Assembly (NCBI GenBank): GCA_044866005.1
Contig: JBIOTN010000213.1
Span: 1-16,123, forward strand
Length of the DNA stretch: 16,123 nt
Reading direction: 5' to 3'
Source of the DNA: Candidatus Rokuibacteriota bacterium
Lineage (GTDB): Bacteria > Methylomirabilota > Methylomirabilia > Rokubacteriales > DASRDR01
Part shown: positions 1-8,993 of the stretch, piece after piece
How the letters are laid out: each line of letters begins with the position of its first letter
Position numbering within the stretch: position 1 is the stretch's first letter
Notes under the pieces: generated by a model
The model's input: only the letters and a program-made list of their open reading frames with translations
Told to the model about the DNA's origin: nothing
The model's database searches: none
Translations under genes and position numbers: made by a program

Positions 1-1
1 C

Positions 2-31
2 CCTCCCGCCGTTCTGGCGAACTGCGGGAGG
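2..31. repeat. GC-rich inverted repeat/hairpin downstream of the minus-strand operon (possible REP-like or RNA-stabilising/terminating element)
   Basis: CCTCCCGC-c-GTTC-tggc-GAAC-t-GCGGGAGG forms a 12-bp stem with one mismatch and a 4-nt loop, about 95 nt past the monooxygenase stop. Any U-tract would lie outside the window. Confidence 0.4.
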
Positions 32-125
32 AGCGCGAAGGGGTCCCACTTCGCCCGGCCGGCTGCGGGGCGCCGCCGGCGCCACCCGCGGCGGACGCAC
101 GGCGCGGCGGCAAGGCCGCCACCCC

Positions 126-1352
126 TCAGGCGGCCAGGAAGTGGGGCACCGCGATGTAGCGCAGCATGGCATGGGGGTCCTGCAAGAGCCTCCACATCGC
201 CCGGTCGTCGTCCGTCTCGAGGTTCACCCCCAGGTGGGTCCCGAGCTTCCGGCCGTGCAGCATGACGCGCTCCCCGATGGGCTGCCGCACGGCCTCGAAC
301 GCCGCCAGCCCGGCGTCGACGTCGGCATCGGGCGCGGCGAGCGCGTCCGCCAGCGCCCGCGCGTCCTCCGCCGCCTTCGAGACGCCGAACCCCATGTGGG
401 GCCGCCCGACCGACGCGGCGTCCCCGATCAGGACGACCCGGCCGAAGACCATCCGGGGCGAGGAGTGGTCGTAGATCGGCGTGAAGAACGGCCGCTCGAT
501 CCGCCGCAGCACGTCGAGGAAGGGTGGCGCCATGACGTCCTCGGCGTCCCCGCGCATCGCGGCGACGACGTCGTCCCGGATCAGCGGCGGCGGGATCGAG
601 AACTCGTGGTGCCGGCCCTCGGCATCGGTGCACATGTCCCGGAGCTCTCCGGCATCGACGACGCGATACCAGATGAAGTTGTAGCGCCTGAGGCCGGGCC
701 GCATCTCGTTGTCGAGCCCGGCGATGGGATAGCCGAGGACTTGCTGGCGTGGCGGCAGGTAGAAGGTGAAGTGGGGGAAGATCGTCCGGCGCGTCGCCGG
801 GGCGAGCGAGGCCTCGGCCGGCGCGCCGCGCCACACGAGGTAGCCGGCATAGATCGGCTGCACCTGGGGGGCGACCTGTCCCCGGACGCCGGAGCGGAAG
901 CCGTCGGCGCCCACCAGGAGGTCCGCGCGCTCGGTCTGCCCCTCCACGAAGCGCACGGCGACGGCGGTCCCGTCCGGCTCGACGCGGTCGAAGGTGCGTC
1001 CGAGGTGGTAGCGCGCGTCGGGCACGAGCGCGCGCAGCATGCGCTGGAGCCGGTCCCAGGAGGTCATGATCTGGCGCAGGGGCCGCTCCCCGATGATCCG
1101 GCCCGTCGCGTCGATCAGGATGCGCTTGGCCACCTCCACGCCGAGATCGCGCGTGCCCGCGCCGGCGAGCTCGAGCACCTCCAGCAGCTCCGGATGGCTG
1201 GTGATGCCCGCCCCCCGGCCGACCAGCTCCACCGTGGAGCGCTCGAAGACGTCGACGTCCCAGCCGACGCGGCGGAGGAGGGCGGCCGCGAACAGGCCCG
1301 ACATCGAGCCGCCGATCACGATCGCGCGCCGACCGCCCCGCCGCGCCGTCAT
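126..1352 (-). CDS. FAD-dependent monooxygenase, 2,6-dihydroxypyridine 3-hydroxylase-like (group A flavoprotein hydroxylase)
   Basis: Rossmann motif AIVIGGSMSGL..A..L...GWDVDVFERS..L.GRGAGI, DG motif DLLVGADGFRSGVR, GD motif RVVLIGDAA...RPHMGFG. Start set at ATG 1352 (MTARRG..., 408 aa) because the ORF-track extension overlaps the upstream gene. Confidence 0.9.
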   Translation of the reverse strand: MTARRGGRRAIVIGGSMSGLFAAALLRRVGWDVDVFERSTVELVGRGAGITSHPELLEVLELAGAGTRDLGVEVAKRILIDATGRIIGERPLRQIMTSWDRLQRMLRALVPDARYHLGRTFDRVEPDGTAVAVRFVEGQTERADLLVGADGFRSGVRGQVAPQVQPIYAGYLVWRGAPAEASLAPATRRTIFPHFTFYLPPRQQVLGYPIAGLDNEMRPGLRRYNFIWYRVVDAGELRDMCTDAEGRHHEFSIPPPLIRDDVVAAMRGDAEDVMAPPFLDVLRRIERPFFTPIYDHSSPRMVFGRVVLIGDAASVGRPHMGFGVSKAAEDARALADALAAPDADVDAGLAAFEAVRQPIGERVMLHGRKLGTHLGVNLETDDDRAMWRLLQDPHAMLRYIAVPHFLAA

Positions 1353-1374
1353 CGCCACGCCCCGGTGCGGCCGC

Positions 1375-2676
1375 TCAGCGGGACCAGCGGACGACGCCCG
1401 TGGCGCCGTCGACCACCACGCGGGCGCCCTCCGGGATGCGCCGGGTCGCGTCGGCCACGCCGAGGACCGCGGGGATCCCGCGCTCGCGGGCCAGCGCGGC
1501 GAGGTGGGAGGTGCTGCCGCCGAGCTCCGCCACCACCGCGGCCACGCGCGGCAGCACCCCCGCGAGCGCGGGCCCCGCGACGCGGGTGACGAGCACGTCG
1601 CCGACACCGACGGCGGCCAGGTCCGCCTCACGTCGTACGATGGACACCGGACCGACGGCGCGCCCCGCGCCCGCCGGCTGCCCGCGCAGATCGCGCGCGC
1701 CGGGCTCGAGGGCGGACGCGCGGCTCGACGCGCCCCGCGAAGCGGGCGGGAGCGGCCGGGCCTGGAGGAGATGAAAGCCCGCGTCGTCGAGCGCCCACTC
1801 CAGCTCGACGGCCGTCCCGAACGCGGCCTCGGCCGCGAGCACGAGGTGCGCGAGCGACAGCGCCTCGGCCGGGTCGAGGCAGGGGCTCGCGACGCGCTCG
1901 GGAGGCACGGCCTCCCAGCGCGGCTCCGCGCCGCGTGCCGTGAGGACCAGGCGCCGCGGCTTCCGCCCCGGCTCGAGGGACCGGAGCGCAGGCCCCTCGC
2001 GCGCGAGGACGTAACGGTCGGGGACCACCTCCCCCTGCGCCACGGCCGGCCCGAGGCCCCACGCGGCCGTGAGGACCAGCGTCCCGTCCGCCGTCCGGCT
2101 CAGCGCGCCCCCGGCCGCCCGCGCCGGCACCAGACGCTGGATCAGGACGGCCATCGCCGTCCCGGCCGGATCCACGCCGCGGTCGCGGAGATAGCGGCGC
2201 GCCCGGACCGACCAGAGAGCGCTCCAGCAGGCGCGGACCGCGGTGAGGAGGTCCGCGGCGTCGCCGATGCCGAGGAAGGTCTCGAACTGGCCGGCGGCGG
2301 CGACGCGGGGTCCGCCCTCGAGGAGCGCGGAGGAGCGCACGGCGACCGGGTGGCGGGCGGGGCCCGCCAGCCGCGCCCAGGCGGCGACGAGGGGGCCGGC
2401 GATCGCCGGCTCGATCTCGCGCAGGCAGGCCAGCCGCGCGCGCAGCGCCGACCGGGGATCATCGCCGCGATCCGCGCCGGGCACGAGCCCCGCTGCGGCG
2501 AGCTGGGCGCGGTAGGCGTCGGCGGTGAGGACCAGGCCGGCCGGAACCGGCAGCCCGGCGCCCGAGAGCCGCGCCAGGGCCGCCGCCTTCGGGCCGGCCT
2601 GCGCGGGCGTCACGCCGCCGCCGTCGAGGGGCACGACCAGGCCGTCGCGGTCGGGCGCGGGAAGGCTCGGCGGCAT
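1375..2676 (-). CDS. PEP synthase/PPDK-type ATP-grasp domain fused directly to a PEP-utilising mobile (phospho-His swivel) domain; putative phosphotransferase
   Basis: GPKAAALARL, VAVRSSA, AGQFETFL, MAVLIQRLV, AAWGLG..V..GEVVPDRY, ELEWA, LLQARP, followed by GDVLVT and AELGGSTSHLAALARERGIPAV (His391) and VVVDGATGVV. Confidence 0.88.
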   Translation of the reverse strand: MPPSLPAPDRDGLVVPLDGGGVTPAQAGPKAAALARLSGAGLPVPAGLVLTADAYRAQLAAAGLVPGADRGDDPRSALRARLACLREIEPAIAGPLVAAWARLAGPARHPVAVRSSALLEGGPRVAAAGQFETFLGIGDAADLLTAVRACWSALWSVRARRYLRDRGVDPAGTAMAVLIQRLVPARAAGGALSRTADGTLVLTAAWGLGPAVAQGEVVPDRYVLAREGPALRSLEPGRKPRRLVLTARGAEPRWEAVPPERVASPCLDPAEALSLAHLVLAAEAAFGTAVELEWALDDAGFHLLQARPLPPASRGASSRASALEPGARDLRGQPAGAGRAVGPVSIVRREADLAAVGVGDVLVTRVAGPALAGVLPRVAAVVAELGGSTSHLAALARERGIPAVLGVADATRRIPEGARVVVDGATGVVRWSR

Positions 2677-2680
2677 CGGC

Positions 2681-3916
2681 CTAATCGACCGCCGTGATCT
2701 GCTCGACGGGGAAGTTCGAGATGATCTCCACGCCCGTGTCGTTGACGATCAGCATCTCCTCGATCCGCACCCCGAACTCGTACCTCTTCCCGTGCTGGGT
2801 CTCCAGCGCGAAGACCATGCCGGGCTCGATCCGGAGCGGATGGTCGAGCGACCAGATGCGCGAGATGACGGGCTGATCGTACTGCGCGAGCCCCAGGCCG
2901 TGGCCCCAGAGGTTCGCCGCCGCCTGGTCCTCCTCCTCGTACCCCCACGCCTCCTTCGCCGACGGCCACTTGAGCGCGATGTCCCGCGTCGTCGCGCCCG
3001 GCGTCACCGCCCGGATGGAGTCGTAGAGCCACTTGAGCGCGGCCGCGTAGTAGTCCTTCATCTCCTGGGTGGGAGGCTTCCCCACGCAGTACGTGCGGTA
3101 GTAGCAGGACTTGTAGCCGTTCCAGGTGAGCGCCGCGAGGTCCATGAAGACGATGTCGCCGGGCTTGATGATCCGGTCGGAGAAGTTCCGCCAGTTGGGC
3201 CAGGTGTTCGGGCCCGAGGAGACGATGACGTCCTCCACGTCCTCCATGCCCGGGATCGCGTAGAGGTACTCCATGATGTGCGCGGTGACCTGGTTCTCCG
3301 TGAGCCCCGGCTTGAGGTAGCGCATGGTCTCCCAGTGCGCGGCGTCCCCGATGGCGCCCACGACCCGGAGGCACTCCTGCTCGTCCACGTTCTTGATCGC
3401 CCGCGCCTCCATCATGGGCGTCATGCCGTCGGCCCACGTGAGCTTCGCCTCCTGGAACGCCTGGAGCATGTTGATGTCGATGAAGTCCACGCCGAGGGTC
3501 TGGTCCAGCACCCCGAAGCGCCGCATCTCCTTCACGATGGCGTCGGTGAACTTCTTGACCTGCTGGCGCGAGGCCGGGCCCGCCGCGCCCTTGATCCAGG
3601 CGTAGGACCAGCGGACGTTCTCGGCCGGGATCCACGGGGCGTGGCGCTGGATCTGGAAGCCGATGTCGCCCTGCTCGAAGAGGACGGGCTCGCCGTCGCC
3701 GCAGAGGAGCGCGTAGCGCAAGCCGGGCTTCAGGCGGTTCCAGCCGGGCGTCAGCGTGCTCGTGACGTAGCGGACGTTCTCGTCGTACATGAGCAGGAGC
3801 GCCCCCAGGCCGTGGGCCTTCATGCGCTCCCGGGCGCGGCCGAGGCGGTACTTCCGCAGGCGGTCCCAGTTGACCCGCTGCTGCCAATCGACGCCGACCG
3901 TTCCGAAGTTGGCCAC
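2681..3916 (-). CDS. M24 family (Xaa-Pro peptidase/creatinase-like) metallohydrolase
   Basis: Creatinase-like N-terminal domain, ARAIKN.DE, GDIVFMD, GYKSCYYRT, WGHGLGL, GMVFALETQHG, GVRIEEMLIV. GTG start preceded by GAGGAGG. Confidence 0.92.
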   Translation of the reverse strand: MANFGTVGVDWQQRVNWDRLRKYRLGRARERMKAHGLGALLLMYDENVRYVTSTLTPGWNRLKPGLRYALLCGDGEPVLFEQGDIGFQIQRHAPWIPAENVRWSYAWIKGAAGPASRQQVKKFTDAIVKEMRRFGVLDQTLGVDFIDINMLQAFQEAKLTWADGMTPMMEARAIKNVDEQECLRVVGAIGDAAHWETMRYLKPGLTENQVTAHIMEYLYAIPGMEDVEDVIVSSGPNTWPNWRNFSDRIIKPGDIVFMDLAALTWNGYKSCYYRTYCVGKPPTQEMKDYYAAALKWLYDSIRAVTPGATTRDIALKWPSAKEAWGYEEEDQAAANLWGHGLGLAQYDQPVISRIWSLDHPLRIEPGMVFALETQHGKRYEFGVRIEEMLIVNDTGVEIISNFPVEQITAVD

Positions 3917-3949
3917 GGTGATCCTCCTCGCCTGGCCTGGGAGACCCGC

Positions 3950-5785
3950 TCACCGGGTGCCCAGATAGATCTCCGCCACGACCGGGTCGAGCCGGATCTG
4001 ATCGGCCGTCCCGGCCCTCAAGAGCTTGCCGTAGTGAAGCACCAGGATGCGCTCCGCGACCTTGAAGGCCACGTCCATGTCGTGCTCGATGATGAGGACG
4101 GTCATGCCGGGATCCAGCTCGCCCACCACCCGGACGATGCCCTCCACGTCGCCGGCCGCCACGCCCGAGGTCGGCTCGTCGAGCAGGAGGACCCGCGGGG
4201 CGCTCGCCACGGCGAGCAGCAGCTCCAGCAGGCGCTGCTCGCCGTGCGAGAGCTCACGGACCGGCAGGGCGTGGCGGCGCCACAGGTCGAATTTGTCGAG
4301 GAGCCCGCGCGCGCGGTCGGTCAGGTCCGTGGAGCGGCCGACCGGGCGGAGCATCACGAACTTCCGCCGGCCGACCCCCAGCAGGGCCAGGCGCACGTTG
4401 TCGATCACCGACAGCGTGGGGAAGAGGGTGGTGATCTGAAACGTGCGCGCCAGGCCCTTCGACGTCCGCCGATGCGGGGCGAGCCGGGTGACGTCCTCGC
4501 CGAACAGCAGGATGCGCCCGCCGGAGACGGGCAAGGTGCCGCTGATCAGGTTGAACAGCGTCGTCTTGCCGGCGCCGTTGGGCCCGAGGACGGCGACCCG
4601 CTCGCCGGGCATGAGCGCGAACGAGACGCCGTCCACGGCGACGAGGCCGCCGAACGCCCGGGAGACCGTGCGAAGCTCGAGCGCCGGCAGACCCGCCGGC
4701 GCCGGCGGGCGGCGTGGCGGGAGGGGCTCGAGCCGGACGCGCGCGGCGTCGAGCGGCTCCGCGTCCGCCGGCGGCGCGTCATGGGCGGGGGCCGCCGCGT
4801 CCCGCCGCGCCCGCGTCCCGCTCGTCGCCCGCGCGCGCCTCGCCCGGACCCAGCCGACGATGCCGTTCGGCGCCAGGATGACGGTCAGCATGAAGATCGA
4901 CCCGAGCACGAGCGGCCAGCGCTCCAGGTAGGCGCTCAAGACGTTGCGCAGGCCGACGATGAGCGCCGCGCCCAGAATCGGGCCCACCAGCGTCCCCGTC
5001 CCGCCCAGGACGACCATCAAGGTGGCTTCGGCCGACATCCGGATGGACAGGTCGGCCGGGCTCACGAAGCCGTTGTAGAAGACGTTGAGGACGCCGGCCA
5101 CCCCCGCCAGGAGCCCGCAGATGACGAACGCGGCGTACTTGTGGAGCCAGACGTCGTAGCCGAGCACGGCCATGCGCGTCTCGCGATCCCGGATGCCCTG
5201 GAGCGTGAGCCCGAAGGGCGACCGGACGAAGCGGAGCACGACGAAGGTGACGAGGACGAGGACCGTGGTCGCGACGTAGGAGAACGCGAGGGTCGAGTCG
5301 AGGGCGGCGACCGGGCGACCGATGCCCGGGAGCCCGTTGTACCCGCCGGTGACGGAGCCCCAGCGGTTGGCGATGCCCCACAGAATCTGGCAGAGCGCCA
5401 GCGTGATCATCATGAAGAACACGTCCACCGCGCGGATCGCGATCAGACCGAAGAGCGCCGCGACCAGAGCGCTCCCCGCGAGAGCGGCGAGCGTCGCGGG
5501 CGCCCACCCCACCCCGTGCCGGACGACGAGCAGGCCCACCGTGTAGGCGGCGACGCCGAAGAAGGCGGCGTGCCCGAGCGAGGGCAGGCCGACGTAGCCC
5601 ATGAGGACGTCGAGGCTCAGCGAGAAGATCGCGAAGATCTGCGCCAGGAGCAGGATGTGGAGGTAGTACTCCGGCAGGGTATGGGCCAGGACGAGCGCGA
5701 TGGCCCCGATGGCCAGCGCCAGGCGGGCTTCGGGGAAGGCCCCGAGGGATCCGGCGCGCCTGCCCCGCTCCGGCCGGGCCGACAT
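3950..5785 (-). CDS. Branched-chain amino acid (HAAT) ABC transporter, fused LivM-type permease and LivG-type ATPase
   Basis: Permease motifs GLPSLGHAAFFG, TGGYNG, SPFG..LQGIRD.E, LGG.GTLVGP. An Ala/Pro/Arg-rich linker follows, then Walker A GPNGAGKTT, ARTFQ, LSHGEQR, Walker B LLLDEPTSG and IIEHDM. Start taken at ATG 5785; the longer ORF-track call overlaps the LivH-type gene. Confidence 0.88.
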   Translation of the reverse strand: MSARPERGRRAGSLGAFPEARLALAIGAIALVLAHTLPEYYLHILLLAQIFAIFSLSLDVLMGYVGLPSLGHAAFFGVAAYTVGLLVVRHGVGWAPATLAALAGSALVAALFGLIAIRAVDVFFMMITLALCQILWGIANRWGSVTGGYNGLPGIGRPVAALDSTLAFSYVATTVLVLVTFVVLRFVRSPFGLTLQGIRDRETRMAVLGYDVWLHKYAAFVICGLLAGVAGVLNVFYNGFVSPADLSIRMSAEATLMVVLGGTGTLVGPILGAALIVGLRNVLSAYLERWPLVLGSIFMLTVILAPNGIVGWVRARRARATSGTRARRDAAAPAHDAPPADAEPLDAARVRLEPLPPRRPPAPAGLPALELRTVSRAFGGLVAVDGVSFALMPGERVAVLGPNGAGKTTLFNLISGTLPVSGGRILLFGEDVTRLAPHRRTSKGLARTFQITTLFPTLSVIDNVRLALLGVGRRKFVMLRPVGRSTDLTDRARGLLDKFDLWRRHALPVRELSHGEQRLLELLLAVASAPRVLLLDEPTSGVAAGDVEGIVRVVGELDPGMTVLIIEHDMDVAFKVAERILVLHYGKLLRAGTADQIRLDPVVAEIYLGTR

Positions 5786-5820
5786 GGGCGTCGTCCTGGG
5801 ACGGCGGCGTCGGCGGGGGC

Positions 5821-6675
5821 CTAGGCCTTGCCCAGGAGCCCCGTCGGCTTGACCGCCAGCACGATGGCCATCGGCGCGAACAGGGTGAAGTAGGAGAGCT
5901 CGGGGAAGAGCGCCTTCCCCAGCGAATCCACGATGCCGACGAAGAGGCTCCCCACCAGCGCTCCTTGCAGGCTTCCCAGCCCGCCCAGGATGACGACCAC
6001 GAGCGTGAGCGGCAGCACCTCGAAGTCCACGCCGCGCGCCGCCCCGATGACGGGCGCCCCGAACGCGCCGCTCAGGCCGGCCAGGAACGCCGAGAGCCCG
6101 AACATGCCCATGAAGAGGACGTTCGTGTTCACGCCCACGCCGCGCGCCATCTCCGCGTCGTCGACGCACGCGCGCAGGGTCGCCCCGATGCGCGTCCACG
6201 CCATGACCAGCCCCAGGACGAGGGCCACGAGCGCGCCCACGCCGATGAGGAACAGGCGGTACACCGGGTACACGAGCGGGCCGAGCTCCACGGAGCCGGA
6301 CAGCGCGGCCGGCGTCGGCAGCACCTGGGGATTGCCGCCCCACAGGACGAGGGCGACGTCGCCGATGACGAAAGCCAGCCCCATCGTGAACAGCACCTGG
6401 GCGAGCTGATTGTCGTAGATCCGATGGAGGGCGGCCCGCTGCGTGATCACCCCGAGCGCCATGGTAGACGCCCCGCCGGCGACCAGGGCCAGGAGAAAGC
6501 TCCCCGTGGCGTGCATGGCCGAGATCGCCACGTAGGCGCCGAGCAGGTAGAGGGCGCCGTGCGCCACGTTGATGATGCGCATGATGCCGAAGGCCAGGGT
6601 GAAGCCGCTCGACATCAGGAAGAGGAGCGACCCGAACGCGACGCCGTTGAGGACCAGCGTGGCCCACGACAGCAC
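5821..6675 (-). CDS. Branched-chain amino acid ABC transporter permease, LivH-type
   Basis: LVLNGVAFGSLLFL.SSGFTL.FG.MRIINVAHG, TRIG..LRA..DD.EMA..VGVN, VVVILGGLGSL.GALVG. Confidence 0.93.
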   Translation of the reverse strand: MLSWATLVLNGVAFGSLLFLMSSGFTLAFGIMRIINVAHGALYLLGAYVAISAMHATGSFLLALVAGGASTMALGVITQRAALHRIYDNQLAQVLFTMGLAFVIGDVALVLWGGNPQVLPTPAALSGSVELGPLVYPVYRLFLIGVGALVALVLGLVMAWTRIGATLRACVDDAEMARGVGVNTNVLFMGMFGLSAFLAGLSGAFGAPVIGAARGVDFEVLPLTLVVVILGGLGSLQGALVGSLFVGIVDSLGKALFPELSYFTLFAPMAIVLAVKPTGLLGKA

Positions 6676-6681
6676 TGGGCC

Positions 6682-7107
6682 CTACGTGCTCCTGCGAAGC
6701 CGCGCCTCCGGGACGTAGGCGATGGCTTCGATCTCGATGAGCCAGTCCGGCTCCGCCAACCCGGTGACGCCGATGACCGTGCTGGCGGGGAAGGGGTCGC
6801 TGAAGTACTCCCGCCGGAGCTCCCCGAAGCGGTGGTAGTGGCGGATGTCCGTCACGTAGAGGCTGAGAAAGCAGACGTCGTCCATGGTCCCGCCGGCGGC
6901 CTCGACCAGCGCCCGCACGTTCTCCAGCGCCTGGCGCCCCTGGGCGAGGATGTCGCCGTGGCCGACGGTCCGCCCCTCCGCGTCGACCGGGACCTGCCCC
7001 GACACGAAGACGAAGTCGCCGCAGCGGAGCGCGGGCGAGTACGGCCGTCCACCCGCCGACCTGACCCCTTGCGCCAGGACGGCGCGCTTCATGGCCATCG
7101 CGCTCAC
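6682..7107 (-). CDS. Rid (YjgF/YER057c/UK114) family protein
   Basis: PYSPA...GDFVFVSGQVP, Q..QALENVRA.VEAAGG.MDDV, FPASTVIGV..L, LIEIEAIA. Alternative ATG starts at 7098 or 7092. Confidence 0.92.
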   Translation of the reverse strand: MSAMAMKRAVLAQGVRSAGGRPYSPALRCGDFVFVSGQVPVDAEGRTVGHGDILAQGRQALENVRALVEAAGGTMDDVCFLSLYVTDIRHYHRFGELRREYFSDPFPASTVIGVTGLAEPDWLIEIEAIAYVPEARLRRST

Positions 7108-7147
7108 GGGACGGGGCTCCCCCGCTCCGACCCCCGCGCTGCGCGGT

Positions 7148-8386
7148 CTACTTGCAGTTGGTGCAGGGCGGGAAATCCCGGCTGTACGGCGGGCCCTTGA
7201 GGTACTCGGCCGGATTGAACCGCCAGAACTGGCTCACGTTCGGGATGGAGCCGGTGACCTGGTTCTCCATCCCCTTGGCGCCCTTGACCACCTTGCGGAT
7301 GTAGACGGTCTCGACGGGGTTGTTGTACTCGTCGAGCTTGAGCGGTCCGCGCGGGGCGTCCCGGAGGTCGGCCTTCTTGACCGCCTCGATGAGCTTCAGG
7401 GGATCCCGGGCCGAGCCGGCCGCCTTGAGCCCGCGGTCGAGCCAGAGCGCGGCGGTGTACATCCCCTCGGCGTAGTACGACGGCTCCTTCTTGTAGCGCG
7501 CCCGGAAGGCGCTGACGAACTTCTGGTTCTCCTCGCGCTTGAGCGTCGCGGCATAGGTGTGCGAGGTGACGACGCCGTCGGCCTCGCTCCCCATGTGGCT
7601 CAGGACGTCCTCGTCCGTCAGGATGTTGCCGCCGATGAGCGGAATCTTCGCCTTCAGGCCGAACTCCTGGTACTGCTTGACGAAGCGCGGGATGTCCGAG
7701 CCCACGAGGAGGGCATACACGGCGTCCACGTCGCGCTGGATCTTGGCGATGTAGGGGGCATAGTCGGTCGTGCCGATCGGCGCCCAGATCTTCTGGACGA
7801 TCTTGCCGCCGGCCTGCTCGAAGGTCCGGTGAAAGCCGCCGACGTTCTCCCATCCGAACGCGTAGTCCTGCCCGACCGTGGCCATCCGCTGGTACTTCAG
7901 CGTCTTGAACGCGTACTCCCCGAGCGGGTGGTTCGGCTGGCTGCTCGTCCACGTCATGCGGACGATGTAGGGGCTCCGCTGCCGCTGGGTCAGGTCATCC
8001 GCGGCCACGATGGGGAGGAACAGCGGCACCTTGTTCTTGTGGACGTAGTCGCGCACCGCGTAGCCCTCGAAGGCCAGCAGGTAGCCGACGACGAGATTGA
8101 CCTTGTCCTGCTCGACCAGCTTCCGCATCTTGGTCAGCGCGTTCTGCGGCTGCGCCTCGGTGTCCTCGATGACGACCTGCACCGGGAACCCGCCGAGCTT
8201 CTGCCCGGACTGCTCGAGGTAGAGCTGGAACCCCTCGACCATCTCGCGGGCGCTCTCCGCCACGAACCCCGTCAAGGGCACCGGCAACCCGACGCGCACG
8301 GGCTCCTGGGCGCGGCCCACCGCGGCGCTGCCGACGAGGGCCAGGATCACGATGACCCGGATGCCGATGAGCCACTTCGAGCGCAT
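7148..8386 (-). CDS. Liv/HAAT-family periplasmic substrate-binding protein
   Basis: Signal peptide MRSKWLIGIRVIVILALVGSAAVGRA, VRVGLPVPLTG, EDTEAQPQ.A, DYAFGWE, TTDYAPYIAKI, APRGPLKLD. ATG 8386 is preceded by GAGGGAGG. Confidence 0.92.
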   Translation of the reverse strand: MRSKWLIGIRVIVILALVGSAAVGRAQEPVRVGLPVPLTGFVAESAREMVEGFQLYLEQSGQKLGGFPVQVVIEDTEAQPQNALTKMRKLVEQDKVNLVVGYLLAFEGYAVRDYVHKNKVPLFLPIVAADDLTQRQRSPYIVRMTWTSSQPNHPLGEYAFKTLKYQRMATVGQDYAFGWENVGGFHRTFEQAGGKIVQKIWAPIGTTDYAPYIAKIQRDVDAVYALLVGSDIPRFVKQYQEFGLKAKIPLIGGNILTDEDVLSHMGSEADGVVTSHTYAATLKREENQKFVSAFRARYKKEPSYYAEGMYTAALWLDRGLKAAGSARDPLKLIEAVKKADLRDAPRGPLKLDEYNNPVETVYIRKVVKGAKGMENQVTGSIPNVSQFWRFNPAEYLKGPPYSRDFPPCTNCK

Positions 8387-8457
8387 GACCGTCCTCCCTC
8401 GTCCGCGGCGCGGTGGTCGCCGCGAGTGCACGTCGGTCGGGCCGTTCCACCCGCCGC

Positions 8458-8871
8458 TCATTCGTACTTCGGCTGGAGCAGGATCCCCGACTCCATCATC
8501 GGCGCATCGATGCGGAGGTAATGGACGTTGTGCCGCACGTGCGCGGGAATCCAGATCACGGTCGTCCGGTCGAAGACGTAGAGGTCGTCGTCGAGCGGGA
8601 CCTCGACCTCGAACGTGCCCGCCCCACCCACGAACATGAGGAGCTGCGGCGCGGGGTGCGCGTGGATCTCGCAGGTCGGGTTCGGCTTCGGGAGCGCGGT
8701 CCGCCAGAACACGTCGGCGAACGCCGTCGCTTCGGGGACCTGGTCCCCGCTCATGTAGATCTGGAACGGCTCCTGCTCGAAGGGGTGATACTTGTAGTCG
8801 CCGGTGAGGACCTTGGGGTCCTGGACGATGTAGCGCTGATACTTCCCGCTCCCGGCCTTTCGCTTGAGCAT
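8458..8871 (-). CDS. Cupin-fold protein of unknown function (first gene of the operon)
   Basis: CEIHAHPAPQLLMFVG (HxH motif 1) and VIWIPAHVRHNV (motif 2 with His). ATG 8871 has GGGAGGT 7 nt upstream. Confidence 0.75.
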   Translation of the reverse strand: MLKRKAGSGKYQRYIVQDPKVLTGDYKYHPFEQEPFQIYMSGDQVPEATAFADVFWRTALPKPNPTCEIHAHPAPQLLMFVGGAGTFEVEVPLDDDLYVFDRTTVIWIPAHVRHNVHYLRIDAPMMESGILLQPKYE

Positions 8872-8964
8872 GCGAACGACCTCCCTGGCGTCCGAGGTGG
8901 GAACCGGTGAGGCGCCGCCGTGGCGTCCGGCGGCCGCTCCCCCGGCTGCGCCGACGGGCTTTTC

Positions 8965-8993
8965 TTTACGCCGAGTCATCTTGAGGGTAGCGT
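8965..8993 (+). promoter_or_regulatory. Putative sigma70 promoter for the divergent cupin
   Basis: TTTACG-N17-TAGCGT, overlapping the opposite-strand promoter. Confidence 0.4.

Noticed and set aside
1353..1631. N-terminal extension of the monooxygenase ORF
   Set aside because: It overlaps the swivel domain of the upstream gene, and the Rossmann motif begins right after ATG 1352.
1375..2676. Calling this gene ppsA, ppdK or rph
   Set aside because: It lacks the PEP/pyruvate barrel and the rifampicin-binding domain and is about half the expected length.
2525..5824. 1099-aa plus-strand ORF, and similar long ORFs at 141-1589, 1039-2697, 5965-7200, 6884-8521, 10616-13159 and 12891-14381
   Set aside because: Antisense shadows of well-supported minus-strand genes in high-GC DNA, with no recognisable motifs.
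5786..6667. N-terminal extension making the LivM-LivG ORF 905 aa
   Set aside because: It overlaps the LivH-type gene in another frame and is Arg/Pro/Gly-rich; the permease sequence begins after ATG 5785.
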